Positions 13,176 to 26,479 of a DNA stretch of 64,000 nt are shown piece after piece. Both the position numbers and the translations under genes were made by a program. Every line of letters begins with the position of its first letter. Within the stretch, counting starts at the first letter, position 1. Source of the DNA: the human T2T-CHM13v2.0 reference genome, Homo sapiens; the NCBI RefSeq assembly GCF_009914755.1, contig NC_060940.1. One strand, written 5' to 3'. The notes under the pieces were generated by a model, which worked only from the letters and a program-made list of their open reading frames with translations, searched no databases and was not told the DNA's origin.

Positions 13176-13300
13176 TGAGCATAGCTTAGTGGGGAGAGAT
13201 TTGGACTAAAAAATAAGAGTTCTGGGTTCAAGATCTGAGGTAAATTATTTGCTAGGCCTTAGTTTCCCATCTGTGAAAAAAGGGAGTTCTATAACAGCAA
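13176..13300 (+). mobile_element. MIR
   Basis: gcatagcttagtgg...ctgggttcaag...ggccttagtttcccatctgtgaaaaaggg. Confidence 0.7.
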
Positions 13301-13544
13301 GACATTTAATATTAAAATAATGTAATGTTTTTAAAAATGCTTGTCTACCCACTTTTTCTTGAGATTAGTAAGACCATCTTCCAATTAGAATGTTTATCCG
13401 AACTTACCGCTAGGTATTTCCTTGTAGAGTATGAAAGTAAAATATCAATGGGCCATCTCTACGTCAAGGTTCTCGTTCTTCTCATTACTGAGAAATTATG
13501 TTCCTGGAATAATATTGTACAGACTTAGAAATAAGGGCATTGAA

Positions 13545-13740
13545 CTTAATTCATTTATTTTTCAAAAGGCATGTATTTTTTACCTGTTGCTATATCTGCT
13601 GCCAGCCAAGTGCTGTGCTTGGCCCTGAGAAAGCAAAGAGAGATAGAGATGTCCATGTTTTGGAACTTGACGTCCATTAGGGGACATAAACATTTGAAAA
13701 GATAACACTAACAAGCTAATTCAGGTATGATAATAAAAAC
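13545..13740 (-). mobile_element. L2 3' fragment
   Basis: attcatttattt...gccaagtgctgtgcttggccctgag resembles the antisense L2 tail. Confidence 0.6.
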
Positions 13741-13754
13741 CTTCACAGGGTTAG

Positions 13755-13850
13755 CCATCCATCTATCTGTCCATCCATCTATTCACTCATGCATTCATCC
13801 ACGTGTTCATCCATTCATCTGTCCATTCATCCATCTATCCATCCATCTAC
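13755..13850. repeat. (ATCC)n simple repeat
   Basis: ccatccatctatctgtccatccatc... Confidence 0.9.
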
Positions 13851-14064
13851 TTCTAGGTTGTGAGAACCCGTAGTATTGACTCTCAGTGTGATAGGAAGGC
13901 CAGTGTCTTGGTGAAAGATCAAAGAGCTCATCAAAATTTGTCGGATAGACTGCAGGCTCAGACACTGATGAGACCCCCCTGCAACTACCACATCAAAAGG
14001 CCTAGGAGCCTTTCCATGACCAAATGCCCATATTGATGAATCCGAGACAAGTGAGGGAAAGATG

Positions 14065-14235
14065 TCCTCTGTCGGTGTTCTGAACCCTGTGGAAATCATA
14101 CGGGGAACTATAAAAGATCCTGATGCCTGGTTTTCTTCTGGAGAGTCTGATTTAATTGGATAAGGATACAGCCTGGGCATCAAGAGTTTCTAGATGACCT
14201 AAGTAATTCTCATTTGCAACCAAGGTTGAGAATAA
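14065..14235. mobile_element. MER5A-type hAT-Charlie DNA transposon
   Basis: cctgatgcctgg...agagtctgatttaattgg...gcctgggcatc...gcaaccaaggttgagaa. Confidence 0.8.
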
Positions 14236-15711
14236 AGGGTGTGTATAAGGTGAGAGACTTCTGGTTAACTAAAGGAAATACCAATGACATTTGTGCTTTA
14301 GGTCTACCAGTTAGTGGGTATTGGTGCATGGTGGGACAGACTAAATGGCTACAGGTCAGGGTCATTGTCAAAGAGTGAGGGATAAGGGGTTGTGCTGTGG
14401 CTCAGAGGCAGAGTAGACTGAGGAAGAACAGCTAATTCCAGAAAGCCATGTTGTGGTGTAAAAGATAGTACCTGACTTGTAATGTCTGACACCAAAAATG
14501 ACCTTAATTTGGGTCATAGGACAAAGACCTCCCCACCTCCAGCTATGAAAGACAGAAAATGATAGGACTAGGCTTCATATTTTCTAGCGTAACGTTTGGC
14601 TTGTGGTATATTCAAAACTAAGTCCGTGTTTGTTGCTGCTGAGTGACTGGGCTGATACTACCTGTCCTTCAGCCATCTAGACTTGCTCTCTACCATCCTC
14701 AATACTTCATATGAAAGGAGACTGTCACTTCATGAAAATCATTTATTTGCTTTAGCTTAAATCTACTGGAGATTACAACTGCCTCATTTTGTCACCTTCT
14801 TACCCCAGAAGGAAATATCTCCACAAGAGAGCAGGTATTTATTGAGTTATGACTGTCAGGCATGGAACAGATCCATTGGTCAGAAATAAGGAAATTGTCT
14901 CTACCTTCAAGGTTCTCACAGTCTGGAGGGAACAGAGAGCCATCAGGGACAATAGGTCCCTGTGCCATCAGCTACTGGGATGTATGACTTTCCAGTAGAG
15001 GTACACAGCACTTGTTCCAAAAGGAGCCTATGTAGCTTTGGGAGTTCTCTATTTAGTCACCTTATTTTTTTTGTCTTCTTGTTAAACTAGCATCCTGTTT
15101 TACTGAATCTCTGCCTCAGTTGCTTTATTTACTGTATACATACATAGCTCTTTTGAAGACTTGATGTCAAAAGTAAAGAAGTTCAGAACCTACGGGGCTT
15201 GCTTTGGGTCCCAAATTATCTTAGCTTTCTGGAAAGAGAAGAATCTATAATGTATTCTCCGTGGAGTATCTTTACTCACTTGTGATGAGATGTCTGTAAA
15301 AGTAATCAGCTCCATACATCTGGGCATGATGACCCTCAGGCCCTTGAGACTCAGGTGTTCTCAGCTCATGGTGCAAGTTCCCCTGAAAGAAAGACTCAAG
15401 CCAAGCATTCAATGGTTATGTTCCAGATCATAGTCTCCTAAAAGCCAGGGGTCCTTTATGCAGGGATGGTGACATCAGAAGTTAAAAGGTCTATGCAGAT
15501 TAACGAGGAAAAATGAGGGAAATTACTGTAAGGTTTTTAAAACATGATAGTTATATATGAACTGATGATTATATAATTGAACGTGCCTAAATTGATGTAG
15601 TTCTCTGTAAAACTAGTTGGTGTAAGGAAACTTGGTCTTTGACCATCAAGGAGGTTGCAGTTTGTGGCATGGCACAAAGATAACACTCAGCAGATATATA
15701 GCTATGGGATA

Positions 15712-15860
15712 CATGGATGGATGGATGGATGGGTGGATGGATGGATGGATGGATGGATAGGTAGATGGATGGATGCGTGGGTGTGTGGAATGGTGGGTGG
15801 TAGGTGGGTACATAGATGGATGTATGGATGGGTGGGTTGGTGGGTGCATGGATGGGTGAG
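15712..15860. repeat. (GGAT)n/(GGGT)n simple repeat
   Basis: atggatggatggatggatgggtggatgg... Confidence 0.95.
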
Positions 15861-15914
15861 TAAGGGGGGATAAATGAAAGGCTTGTTCTTCTGAAGGGAC
15901 TCTTTACAAAGAGT

Positions 15915-16070
15915 CTTTGATCTTCCAGCTTCACGTGCAAGAGAATCCCCAAGGTGAGCTTGTTAAAATAAGCATATTCTGGGTATCACTTCCTGATTTT
16001 CTGGTTCAGTAAGTCTGAGGAGGAACTTGGGGAACTTTATCTTTTAAACAAGTACCTCAGGTTATCATAG
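15915..16070. mobile_element. MER5-type DNA transposon
   Basis: gagcttgttaaaataagcatattctggg...ggttcagtaagtctg...ttttaaacaagtacctcagg. Confidence 0.75.
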
Positions 16071-16578
16071 TAGTCTTGCTGTCCTGAATCTTAATGCATC
16101 TCTATTTCTGCTACATCTTCCATGAAGTTGATTTTGCAGAAATCATTCTGTGGTTCCACATTGACTGCATCCAAGACCTATTGCCTTCAGATTTACATCA
16201 AGCACAATTTGGCAGGTATTAGGGATGGACCCAGCAGCCAAGTCTTTGTTGCCTTAAACAGATCCCTTGTCTCTTGTCAGGACCTCCTTCCAGGCTGCTC
16301 CTGAGCAAGTCTGGATGTGACTTCTACCTATGATCCAGTGGGTTGGGCCATAAAGGAGCTTTGGAAAGGGACAGTCTTAGGGTGAAAAAGAGGGAGAGGC
16401 TTGCCATCTGAACAGGAATCTCTCCCAGAGGAGAGAAGAGAAGCCTAGGCTTTAATGAGGACAGCCACCCTGTGGATGACTTTCTGTGTGATGTTATGTG
16501 GAGGTGGCTTCTTTTTTCTCTATCCCATTAGCTGAATTCTGTGCCAGAAGGAAGAGATTTGGAGTCAGCAAGGCATCC

Positions 16579-16581
16579 TTT

Positions 16582-16615
<34 letters not shown>
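16579..16615. repeat. T23-A14 adjacent homopolymers (inverted repeat)
   Basis: T at 16579-16601 directly followed by A at 16602-16615. Confidence 0.95.
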
Positions 16616-16914
16616 GAAGGAATGTGATTGTGAAGGAAGCAAGAAAAGGCCCAAAGGCTCTGGACAAGGGCTAGGAGGCTGAGGAGTTTTACACATTCAT
16701 AATTTCCTTGTAGGCCAAGCTTACTCTCAGGGATGACAGTCATTTTCTAAGAAAGTGAGATTGCTTCACATTGCATTTAAAGGCTTAAATAATGTATTCT
16801 GTCAGACAATTCTCTGAAATGGTTTTCCAAGTGAATGCATCAGAAAGTGCCCAGAAAGAATGCCTGGCACAGGAAGAGGAGGGCATTCAGAAAATGTGAG
16901 CTGCTTGCATCAGA

Positions 16915-17240
16915 ATCTAACTTGAGATGTATCATTCCTACGGTAAGGTGCACACACATTAAATGTACAGTTCAATGAACTCATACTTATTTATACAACT
17001 GTGTAAACACCACTCAGATCAAGACAGAGAACATTTCTAACACCTCAGAAGGCTCATCTGTTCCCCTTTCTAAGCAAGAAGTACCATCAGCATTAAGAGG
17101 TAACCACTATTCTGATTTCTATCAGCATAGTTTTCTGTTCCTGAATTCATATAAATAGTCACCCAGTACGCATTCTTTGCTGTCTTGCTTCTTTTACTCC
17201 TCATTAGGTTGTGGGATTTGCCCACGATATTTCATTCTTT
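16915..17240 (-). mobile_element. L1ME/L1MB 3' UTR fragment
   Basis: tgtacagttcaatgaa...caccactcagatcaagacagagaacattt...ggtaaccactattctgatttctatca. Confidence 0.8.
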
Positions 17241-17279
17241 ATTGTCATTCTTCTTTCTCTGCCACTGCCATCCTACCAA

Positions 17280-17830
17280 CAGTTTGTATTATGAAAAATT
17301 GCAGACGTACACAAAAGTTGAAAGAATTGTACTGTAAGTACTCTGATATGCACCACCTAGATTCTACAATTAACATTTCCCTCTATTTGCATCTCTATCC
17401 ATTTACCATTCCTCTTGTCTATCCATCAGTCTATCTTGATTCATTTCAAAATAAGTTGTAGGTCAGGTGCAGTGGCTCACACCTGTAATACCAGCATTTT
17501 GAGAGGCAGAGGTGAGAGGATTCCTTGAGTCCGGGAGTTGAAGACCAGTCTGGGCAACATAGTGAGGCCTTATCTCTTCAAAAATAAAAAAAATTAGCTG
17601 CCCATGGTGGTGTATGCCTGTGGTCCCAGCTACTTGGGCAGCTGAGGCAGGAGAATTGCTGGAGTACAGGAGATTGAAGCTGCAGTGAACTGTGACTACA
17701 CTGCTGCACTCAACTTGGGCGACAGAGTAATACCCCGTCTCAGAAACAAAAACAAATAAACAAACAAAAAGCTAAATAAGTTGCAGACAGCAGTCGCTTC
17801 ACTCCTAAACACTTAAGCAGGTGTGTCATC
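17280..17830 (-). mobile_element. L1MC4/5-like fragment, interrupted by Alu
   Basis: tacacaaaagttgaaagaattgtac...caccacctagattctacaattaac...aaataagttgcagaca. Confidence 0.7.
17461..17772 (+). mobile_element. AluJ
   Basis: Sense Alu; TSD aaataagttg(t/c)a at 17449-17460 and 17774-17785. Confidence 0.95.
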
Positions 17831-17914
17831 CTTGAATTACTGAATTAGAGTTCAGTATTTGCTTATGCTAGTTATGTTAGTGGTATGCTTTTTAAAAATA
17901 ATTAAGGTGATGTC

Positions 17915-18055
17915 ATGATAAGGCTATTAAGAGCCAACATGCATTGAGTATGGACTTTCTGCCAGACATTGCACTATGCACTTAACACACAGACACATAT
18001 TGTTTTTTCCATTTTAAGATACAGAAAGTGGGCCTTAAAGGTGCTACTGACTTGC
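17915..18055 (-). mobile_element. MIR fragment
   Basis: aacatgcattgag...tgccagacattgcact...ccattttaagatacagaaa. Confidence 0.6.
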
Positions 18056-18396
18056 TGATATGCTTTGGCTGTGTCCCCACCCAAATCTTAACTTGAATCG
18101 TGTCTCCCAGAATTCCCACGTGTTGTGGGAGGGACCCAGGGAGAGGTAATTGAATCATGGGGGCTGGTGTTTCCCATGTTATTCTTATGAAAGTGAATAA
18201 GTTTCATAAGATCCAATGAATTTATCAGGGGTTTCTGCAGTTTTTCTCTTGCCACCACCATGTAAGAAGTGCCTTTCACCTCCACCATGATTCTGAGACC
18301 TCCCCAGCCATGTAGAACTGTAAGCCTGATTAAACCTCTTTTTCTTCCCGGTCTCAGGTTATGTCTTTATCAGCAGTGTGAAAATGGACTAATACA
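18056..18396 (+). mobile_element. THE1A LTR (5' LTR)
   Basis: tgatatgctttggctgtgtccccacccaaatc...tatgtctttatcagcagtgtgaaaatggactaataca matches THE1A as remembered. Confidence 0.95.
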
Positions 18397-19440
18397 GTGA
18401 ATTGGTACCAGTAGAGTGGGGCATTGCTGAAAAGATATCTGAAAATGTGGAAGTGACTTTGGAACTGGGTAACAGGAAGAAGTTAGAACCGTTGGGAGGT
18501 CTCAGAAGAAGACAGGAAAATGTGGGAAAGTTTGGAGCTTCCTAGAGACTTGTTGAATGGCTTTGCCCAAAATGCTGATAGCAATATGGACAATAATGTC
18601 CAGGCTGAGGTGGTCTCAGATGGAGATGAGGAGCTCGTTGGGAATTGGAGCACAGGTGACTCTTGTTATGTTTTAACAAAGAGACTGGCAGCATTTTGCC
18701 CCTGCGCTAGAGATTTGTGGAACTTTGAACTTGAGAAAGATGATTTAGGGTATCTGGCCGAAGAAATTTCTCATCAGCAAAACATTCAAGAGGTGACTTG
18801 GGTGCTGTTAAAGGCATTCAGTTTTATAAAAGAAGCAGAGCATCAAGGTTTGGAAAATTTGCAGTCTGATTGTGCGACAGAAAAGAAAAACCCATTTTCT
18901 GGGGAGAAATTCAAGCTGGCTGCAGAAATTTGTGTAAGTGGCAAGGAACCTAATGTTAATGTCGAAGACCATGAGGAAAATGTCTCCAGGCCATGTCAGA
19001 GACTTTCACAGCAGCCCCTCCTATCAGAGGCCTGAAGTCCCAGGAGGAAAAAATGATTTCATGGGCCCAGCCCTGGGTCCCTGTGCTGTGTGTAGCCTAG
19101 GGACTTGGTGCCCTGTGTCCCAGCCACTCCAGTCATGGCTGAAAGGGGCCAATGTATAGCTCAGGCTGTGGCTTCAGAGGGTGGAAGCCCCAAGCCTTGG
19201 CAGCCTCCATGTGGTGTTGAGTGTGTGGGGGCACAGAAGTCAAGAATTGGGGTTTGGGAACCTCCGCCTAGTTTTCAGAAAATATATGGAAACACCTGGA
19301 TGCCCCAGCAAAAGTTTGCTGCATGGGTGGAGCCCTCATGGAGAACCTCTGCTAGGGCAGTGCTGAAGGGAAATGTAGGGCTGGAGCCTCCAGGCAGAGT
19401 CCATACTGGGGCACTGCCCAGTGGATCTGTGAGAAGAGGG
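18397..19440 (+). mobile_element. THE1 internal region, 3'-truncated (no 3' LTR)
   Basis: gtgaattggtaccagtagagtgggg follows the LTR directly; includes the MWESLELPRDLLNGF ORF typical of THE1/MST-int. Confidence 0.93.
18520..19035 (+). pseudogene. MaLR (THE1-int) internal ORF remnant, 171 aa
   Basis: MWESLELPRDLLNGFAQNAD...LAAFCPCARDLWNFELEKDDLGYLAEEIS; not a host gene. Confidence 0.8.
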
Positions 19441-19560
19441 AAAGTGAACTAAGCTCTTTAAACCTCATATGTTTCCATCAGTAACATGGGAACAATAGTA
19501 ACAATTCCACAGAGATAGTATTGATGGTTGAACAAGATGTTTAAATCACTAGTAAAATTT
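19441..19560 (+). mobile_element. MIR fragment
   Basis: aagtgaactaagctcttt...catcagtaacatgggaacaatagta. Confidence 0.55.
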
Positions 19561-19869
<309 letters not shown>

Positions 19870-20639
19870 TCAGATACACAGTCTAATGCTTTCCACTAGA
19901 AGATTCTGGCACTGTTAGCATCTCTGGCATAAACTATGTTACTCAACCCAGTTCTGTCGTCGTCATTTTTTTGTGTTGGCTTTGCCCTTCCCGCATTGTG
20001 ACTTGATCCCATTTAAGCAGCAACCTCTGCACACACAATCTTTTCTCTGTCCTTCACTCAGTGATGTTATAATATCTAGAGGCTTATTGATTATTTGTTT
20101 GATTCTATTGTGGGCACAGGAGCAGTTCTTAGATTAACACTATTAGATTTTCCCAAGCAGTATTGCCGTGGTTTATACAATTGGACGAAATGGGTGATCT
20201 AATTTGGACTCAATTTGCTCCAAAGTAGAGTTGGAGGAAGGAGATGCTGTGATTTGGTTCTGCACCTGAGAACAAGAATGGAAAAAGTTATCTCCAGGTG
20301 CTATCTGTGTGCCTCATCAATTTTGGATACACTGTGTGACCAGCTCTGAGGATTCCAAGCTTTTTTGCGTGGCTTCTTACCTATCAGCTAAAGAACCTAG
20401 CTTTACTTATCCAACTTAGATATTAAATCCCATGATATAATTTATTTTTCCGTGTGAAATATCTCAGGAACAAAAAAGTCAGGTTGAGTTTTCTAAAGGC
20501 ACTGGTTTAAGAGGCTATAGGTTAAGAGGAGATAACAGACATGCTCAGAAACAAATCATTTCCTGATAGCTGTTTCAGATGGAACCAAATGGAAAACAGT
20601 GCTTCTTTCCGTTTACTGTACACCCCCTATCCTGGCATC

Positions 20640-21012
20640 TAAACATATTTGTAATCATACTGTCTATAGAAGTTTTGGTTCTGCTTTTGACCTTAACACT
20701 AAAATACCCTTCCATAATATTATAGGCTTTTCATGTACATCGTTTTTAAGATGGCTATAAATTCCACTTAGTGGCTATGACTGTAGTTTTTTTTTTAACT
20801 CTTCCCCTAATAGTGAAAATTTAGATTGTTTCTAAATTTTCCTTACTATAAGTAAGGCTAAAAAGTAACATGTGAATGTTTTGAATCAATAAATATAGTA
20901 TGTATTAATAATATTGAGCTATTTCTTAAGATTACATTTTCAGAAGTAAGATCACTGAGTCAAAGGGTGCACACTGTTTAAAGGAGCTTAAATATATTGC
21001 AAAACTCTTTTC
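20640..21012 (-). mobile_element. L1ME fragment
   Basis: aatttagattgtttctaaatttt...cagaagtaagatcactgagtcaaaggg...tattgcaaaact. Confidence 0.7.
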
Positions 21013-21034
21013 ATGGTCTGCTGATATCACTGAA

Positions 21035-21255
21035 AATGGAGGTCTGGATTCAAATCACATGTGCCAACTGTTCTACTTTGGCAGAATTACCTACTGCTTT
21101 GGGCCTCGGGTACTAAATTTGTGAAATGGGAAAAATAATACTTCCCACCTCATAGAGTTGCAGTGGAGATTGAATGAGTTTGTAGATAAAAAGCGTCTGC
21201 GTTGTGTCTGGTACATGGTAAGGGGTTCGTAAATACTGAGTTATTTCTTATTAAC
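21035..21255 (+). mobile_element. MIR
   Basis: ctggattcaaatc...tgtgaaatggg...cacctcatagagttg...gtctggtacatggtaag. Confidence 0.85.
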
Positions 21256-21518
21256 ATTTATTATTGTCTCCACTGGAAGAAGAGCCTGTAGAATATGCAG
21301 ACTATTCAAATGCTTCCTTTGGTCCATTGTTGTCCTTTCTTTTCTCTTCTAGAACTTTCCCCATAGTGATGCATCTGTCCCTGGGTTATCTGATATGTGT
21401 TTCAGCCTGTTTTCCCAAGTTTACCTGCCTCTCTGAGGAGCCCATCAGCCCTGAGAGATACCTGGAAGGAAAGAGGAAAATGCGTGATTCAAATCATGTT
21501 GCAAGTGGATGAATCTAG

Positions 21519-21878
<360 letters not shown>

Positions 21879-22310
21879 AATACCCCCTATGTAGACTTTT
21901 AAAGAAATACAGGAAACAGCCAAGACTGGTGTCATTCAGATTTAGCTTGGGAGAGTCTAGTGGGTGTTAGGTTCCCACAGGATGAAGGATCACCATGAAC
22001 GGTCAGGACCTGACTTAGGAGGACTCAGAAGCTGGAGACTGCAGAGGATGGCACAGAGTTCCAAATCTTTGGGGTGTGTAAGAGTAGGAGAGGCAGGATG
22101 GGAGAGGATGGGAGTGATGCCACATAAATCAACTCTGTTGCAGCCTCCGGGGCCACATCAGTAGCTGCAGGAGGAGGAGGGAACAGGGAGACAGGGAGCC
22201 TTTCTTCCTTTCCTCACCCCCAGTTCTGTGTTTATACTTCTCATTTAGCCCATACCCCACTATATTAAAAGAAGATGCATAAGTGTATGTGTTTAATCTA
22301 CCATTCCTTG

Positions 22311-22472
22311 TGGCACAGTGCATGGTCTGCATGGCACAGTGTGTGGTCTGTATGGCACAGTGCATGGTCCGCATGGCACAGCGCGTGGTCCGCGTGGCAC
22401 AGCGCGTGGTCCGCGTGGCACAGCGCGTGGTCTGCATGGCACAGTGCGTGGTCTGCATGGCACAGCACATGG
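22311..22472. repeat. 21-bp minisatellite (VNTR), about 7.7 copies
   Basis: Unit tggcacagYgYRtggtcYgYR starting at 22311, 22332, 22353, 22374, 22395, 22416, 22437 and 22458 (partial). Confidence 0.97.
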
Positions 22473-23429
22473 ACATGATTCATACATGCAAGTGAATGAG
22501 TGAATGGGCGATTTCCAGACTATCCAGAAACTGTGCCCCATAGTCCTACCCGTAGGAATCCAACAGGGAACTGTCACCACCGACCCGAGGCAGGAACCAT
22601 GTGCTCTGAGCCCTGGCCATTTTGTGTAGATGGAGATAAATTGTCATTGCTAATTGCCAGAGACCAGGTCCTGGTGGTAGCCAAACTGTTCCCTAGGGAG
22701 TTCTCACCAACCTTGCAAAATGAGATGGCAATCTTCATCGTGGATGCAATTATGTTTCATTGTTAACCATCACAAGCAACGGGACATTATGATGACTGTT
22801 ATAAGTTGGTTTCACATGTAAACTTTGACCTCAGAGCAATGGGGCAGGCTTTTCCCAAGGACCCTGTTGAGAGGTTCATGATGGTGACAAAAAGCACAAG
22901 CCCCAGCTGCCAAGGAGGCTGATATCGGGAGAGGCAGAATGTGTCTTTTCTTTCTTCTTCCTCTTCTTCTTCTTCTTTTTGAAACCATGCTCATTGGTTT
23001 TAGGAATCATTAGCATGGTGAAGATTAAAGCTATTGGAGATAGCACAGATTGTTTCATTTTATTATGTTCAATTGGATTGGATCCGAGCCATTTGCAAAG
23101 TGCAGTATTACCATAAGAAGGGACTTGGAATGTTTGTCACATAATACTTCTTCATGGAGAAGGCAGTTTCTTAAAGAAAAAAAAAAAAGACAACTTGAAA
23201 TAGCACAGCTTTTTTCCACTTTCAAATGTATAACAAAATAGAACTTTATATTTCCAGATGGACTGCCTGGAACCCGGGGAGTGGCTCAGCTACCAGGCCC
23301 CAGTGGCCCTTGTCTTGTTATTTCCTCCATTAGAGACCTGGCGTATAATTGTGGGAGGGAGAAGCCAGTGGAGCAGTCAGGGGACTCCCTGGCTGTTTCT
23401 GTGTCTGGTCTTATGGGTCTGGGCACTGA

Positions 23430-23828
<399 letters not shown>

Positions 23829-23964
23829 ACTCTCTTTCAACTAGAACAGTTCCTCTCTTCTTTGTTGCATATTTTTGTATTTCATGCAAGGTGCTGTTTA
23901 TGAACAAGGGAGTTTCCTGCAGCTTTAATAAAGAAGAGAAAAGAAAAGAAAGAAAGGAAAATTC

Positions 23965-24290
23965 GCATGTTGAAAACATTGTACTAATCAAAAAAGCCAG
24001 TCACAAAGGACCCTATGTTATATGATTTCATTTACATGAAATACCCCAAAGAGGCAAATCTGCAGAAACAGAAAGTAGAGTGGTTGCCAGGGGCTGGGGA
24101 TGGGGTGTGGATGGAGGCATTTGGGATTAACAGCTAAAGATAGCAGGATTCCTTCTAAAGCAATAAAAATGTTGTAAAGTTGATTGTGGAAATTCTTTCA
24201 CAACTCTTTGATTGTACTAAAACTTTGAACACTTTAAATGGGTGAATTGTATGGTATATGAATCATATCTCAACAAAGCTGTTAAAAAAT
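23965..24290 (+). mobile_element. L1MB 3' end
   Basis: aagccagtcacaaaggac...ggttgccaggggctgg...tttaaatgggtgaattgtatggtatatgaat...aaagctgttaaaaaa. Confidence 0.9.
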
Positions 24291-24354
24291 TGTATGAAAA
24301 CTGTGATGGGATTCAAGTAGTCTAACGCTCAAATTTCCCAAGTGCCCTCATTTA

Positions 24355-24510
24355 AGTCTGGACCACGACAGGAACCCAGATGTGGCCTGAGTAGCACATC
24401 GTGGAATGGGCCTGTCACCTCTACCCCACACATCCTCCTGCTGTTAATGCCCCCTTTGAAAGCCATTAGCTCTTTTGATAACCACAGCACGGTGTTGGCT
24501 CTCAGTTAGA
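24355..24510 (-). mobile_element. L3/CR1 fragment
   Basis: ccagatgtggcctgag...tgtcacctc...ctgttaatgc...cattagctctttt...cacggtgttggctc. Confidence 0.6.
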
Positions 24511-24599
24511 GACTCAGATTTATCCCTGCCCGAATCATTTTCTTTGATTCTCTGCCCTTCCCCACTACAGTGTAAACTCCATTTGGACTTTCTCTAGTT

Positions 24600-24900
24600 C
24601 ACTGTGAATGGTTTTTGAATAACATCAATTAGCATAACCTCATGCCCAGCATCGTCCTTATTGTTGAGAGCACAGCAGTGACAAAGGTGCAACTCTTGCT
24701 CTTGAGCGATCACAGTTTATTTGGGGAACCTGGTACTACCTAATAAAACCAGGGGAGACTCGACCCAAGGCATTGTGTTTGAGCTAGGCTTTGAACAATG
24801 TATAGACCCTCACCAAGTATGGAAGTGGAAGAGTAAGACATTCAAGGTAGAAGGAACAGTATGAGGAAAGTCAGAGAGCTAACAAAGATTATAGTGTAAT
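24600..24900 (-). mobile_element. L2 fragment
   Basis: acagcagtgacaaag...tttgagctaggctttgaa...cattcaaggtagaaggaacagtatgag. Confidence 0.65.
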
Positions 24901-25312
24901 GCCAGAATCATGAGAAATTTGCTGAGAATTCATTTGAGGCCATAATTTAAAAAGATAGGAGGAGCCATGTGTAGAACTTTCACAGAACAGTGTGTACCTC
25001 CCCTCCTTCTTCCTTATTAGTCGTGATTCTTGGGGGGCAACTAAACCCAGCTTTTGGCAAAAGGGAGTATGTTGGTTCATGTACCAGGAAGTCTTGGAGT
25101 GATGGCTTCAGGCACGGCTGGATCCAGGGGCTCAAAAATATAATCAGATGATTTGTTTGCTTCTGTCTTTTGCTATGGTGGTCTCTGTTTTGCTTACTTC
25201 TGCAGCAGATTTTCTCTACCTGGTGGGAGAAACAGCTGCCAGAAAATCCAGATTCCCATTCTCATGCTAGCTTCATAACAGCAGGAGAGCTCCTCACTCT
25301 GTTTCCCAGGGT

Positions 25313-25358
25313 GTATATATATATGTATACATATGTATATGTATATCAATATATATAT
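25313..25358. repeat. (TA)n/(TATG)n low-complexity tract
   Basis: gtatatatatatgtatacatatgtatatgtatatcaatatatatat. Confidence 0.85.
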
Positions 25359-25436
25359 CAGGTAAGATTCTAGTCCAGTGTGAGCCATATGCTTTATTCC
25401 TGAGCAATCGCTGTGGTCAAGAGATAGACTTTTTAG

Positions 25437-25748
<312 letters not shown>

Positions 25749-26099
25749 TTAACAGGTGTCGTAGGTCATGTATCTACAGCCATGGAAAGAGAATGGAGCA
25801 CTCTAATGGATCCCTGACGGGTCAAATGGAGCAAAGTGTGCTTCCCAGAAGAGCATAAGAAAAAGGAAGGGTACTGGGTGGACCAAATCTATTGTTACAA
25901 TATCCCTTATATTCCTTAGGGTTCCTTTTTTTCAAGTTAAAGCATTGAGTCATGTCTCTGATAAATCGCCCCCCCACCCCGATCCCCACCCTCTGCCGCC
26001 CCGGCCTTCTTTTTGTGCTGTTGGGTTCCAAACTTTACCTGAGGATTTTCACATGCACATCTGTTAAATGCCATTTAAAGAGAACACTAACAAGAGAAA

Positions 26100-26240
26100 G
26101 CTAGTTCATTTTTCTTCCTGGGACCTCAGTTTCCTCATCAGCAGAATCGGGATATTAGTGCAGACCTTGCAGGCTCTTTATGAGGATCCATCGGGAGCCT
26201 CAGGCGCACACTCGGGGAGCATTGGAGCTCTTCCCAGGCC
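26100..26240 (+). mobile_element. MIR
   Basis: acctcagtttcctcatcagcagaatcgggata. Confidence 0.75.
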
Positions 26241-26479
26241 GAGGTAGGAGTTTGTCCACCTGCTGTTTACTCCGAAACTTCTTGCTCCACCTGTCACTTT
26301 AGAAGACCCTGATCTGCCGGAAGGTCTCCCCGTATACCCAGCAGCCCAGACCTCTCAGGAAAGAGCAGGCTGTCGTCCTGCATTGGAGGAGGAAGCTTGG
26401 GGCAGGTGGCAGAGCAACTTCATTTCCAGATGAAACTGGGCTCCCTGGCCATCAGCTGCCGTGCTTGGAGGGGCGTTCA

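Noticed and set aside
22129-22580. Six overlapping 7-residue-repeat ORFs (WHSAWSA, CHADHAL, etc.); possible CRISPR-like array
   Set aside because: Open in all frames because the 21-bp unit lacks stops; tandem units with no unique spacers, so a VNTR and not CRISPR or a coding gene
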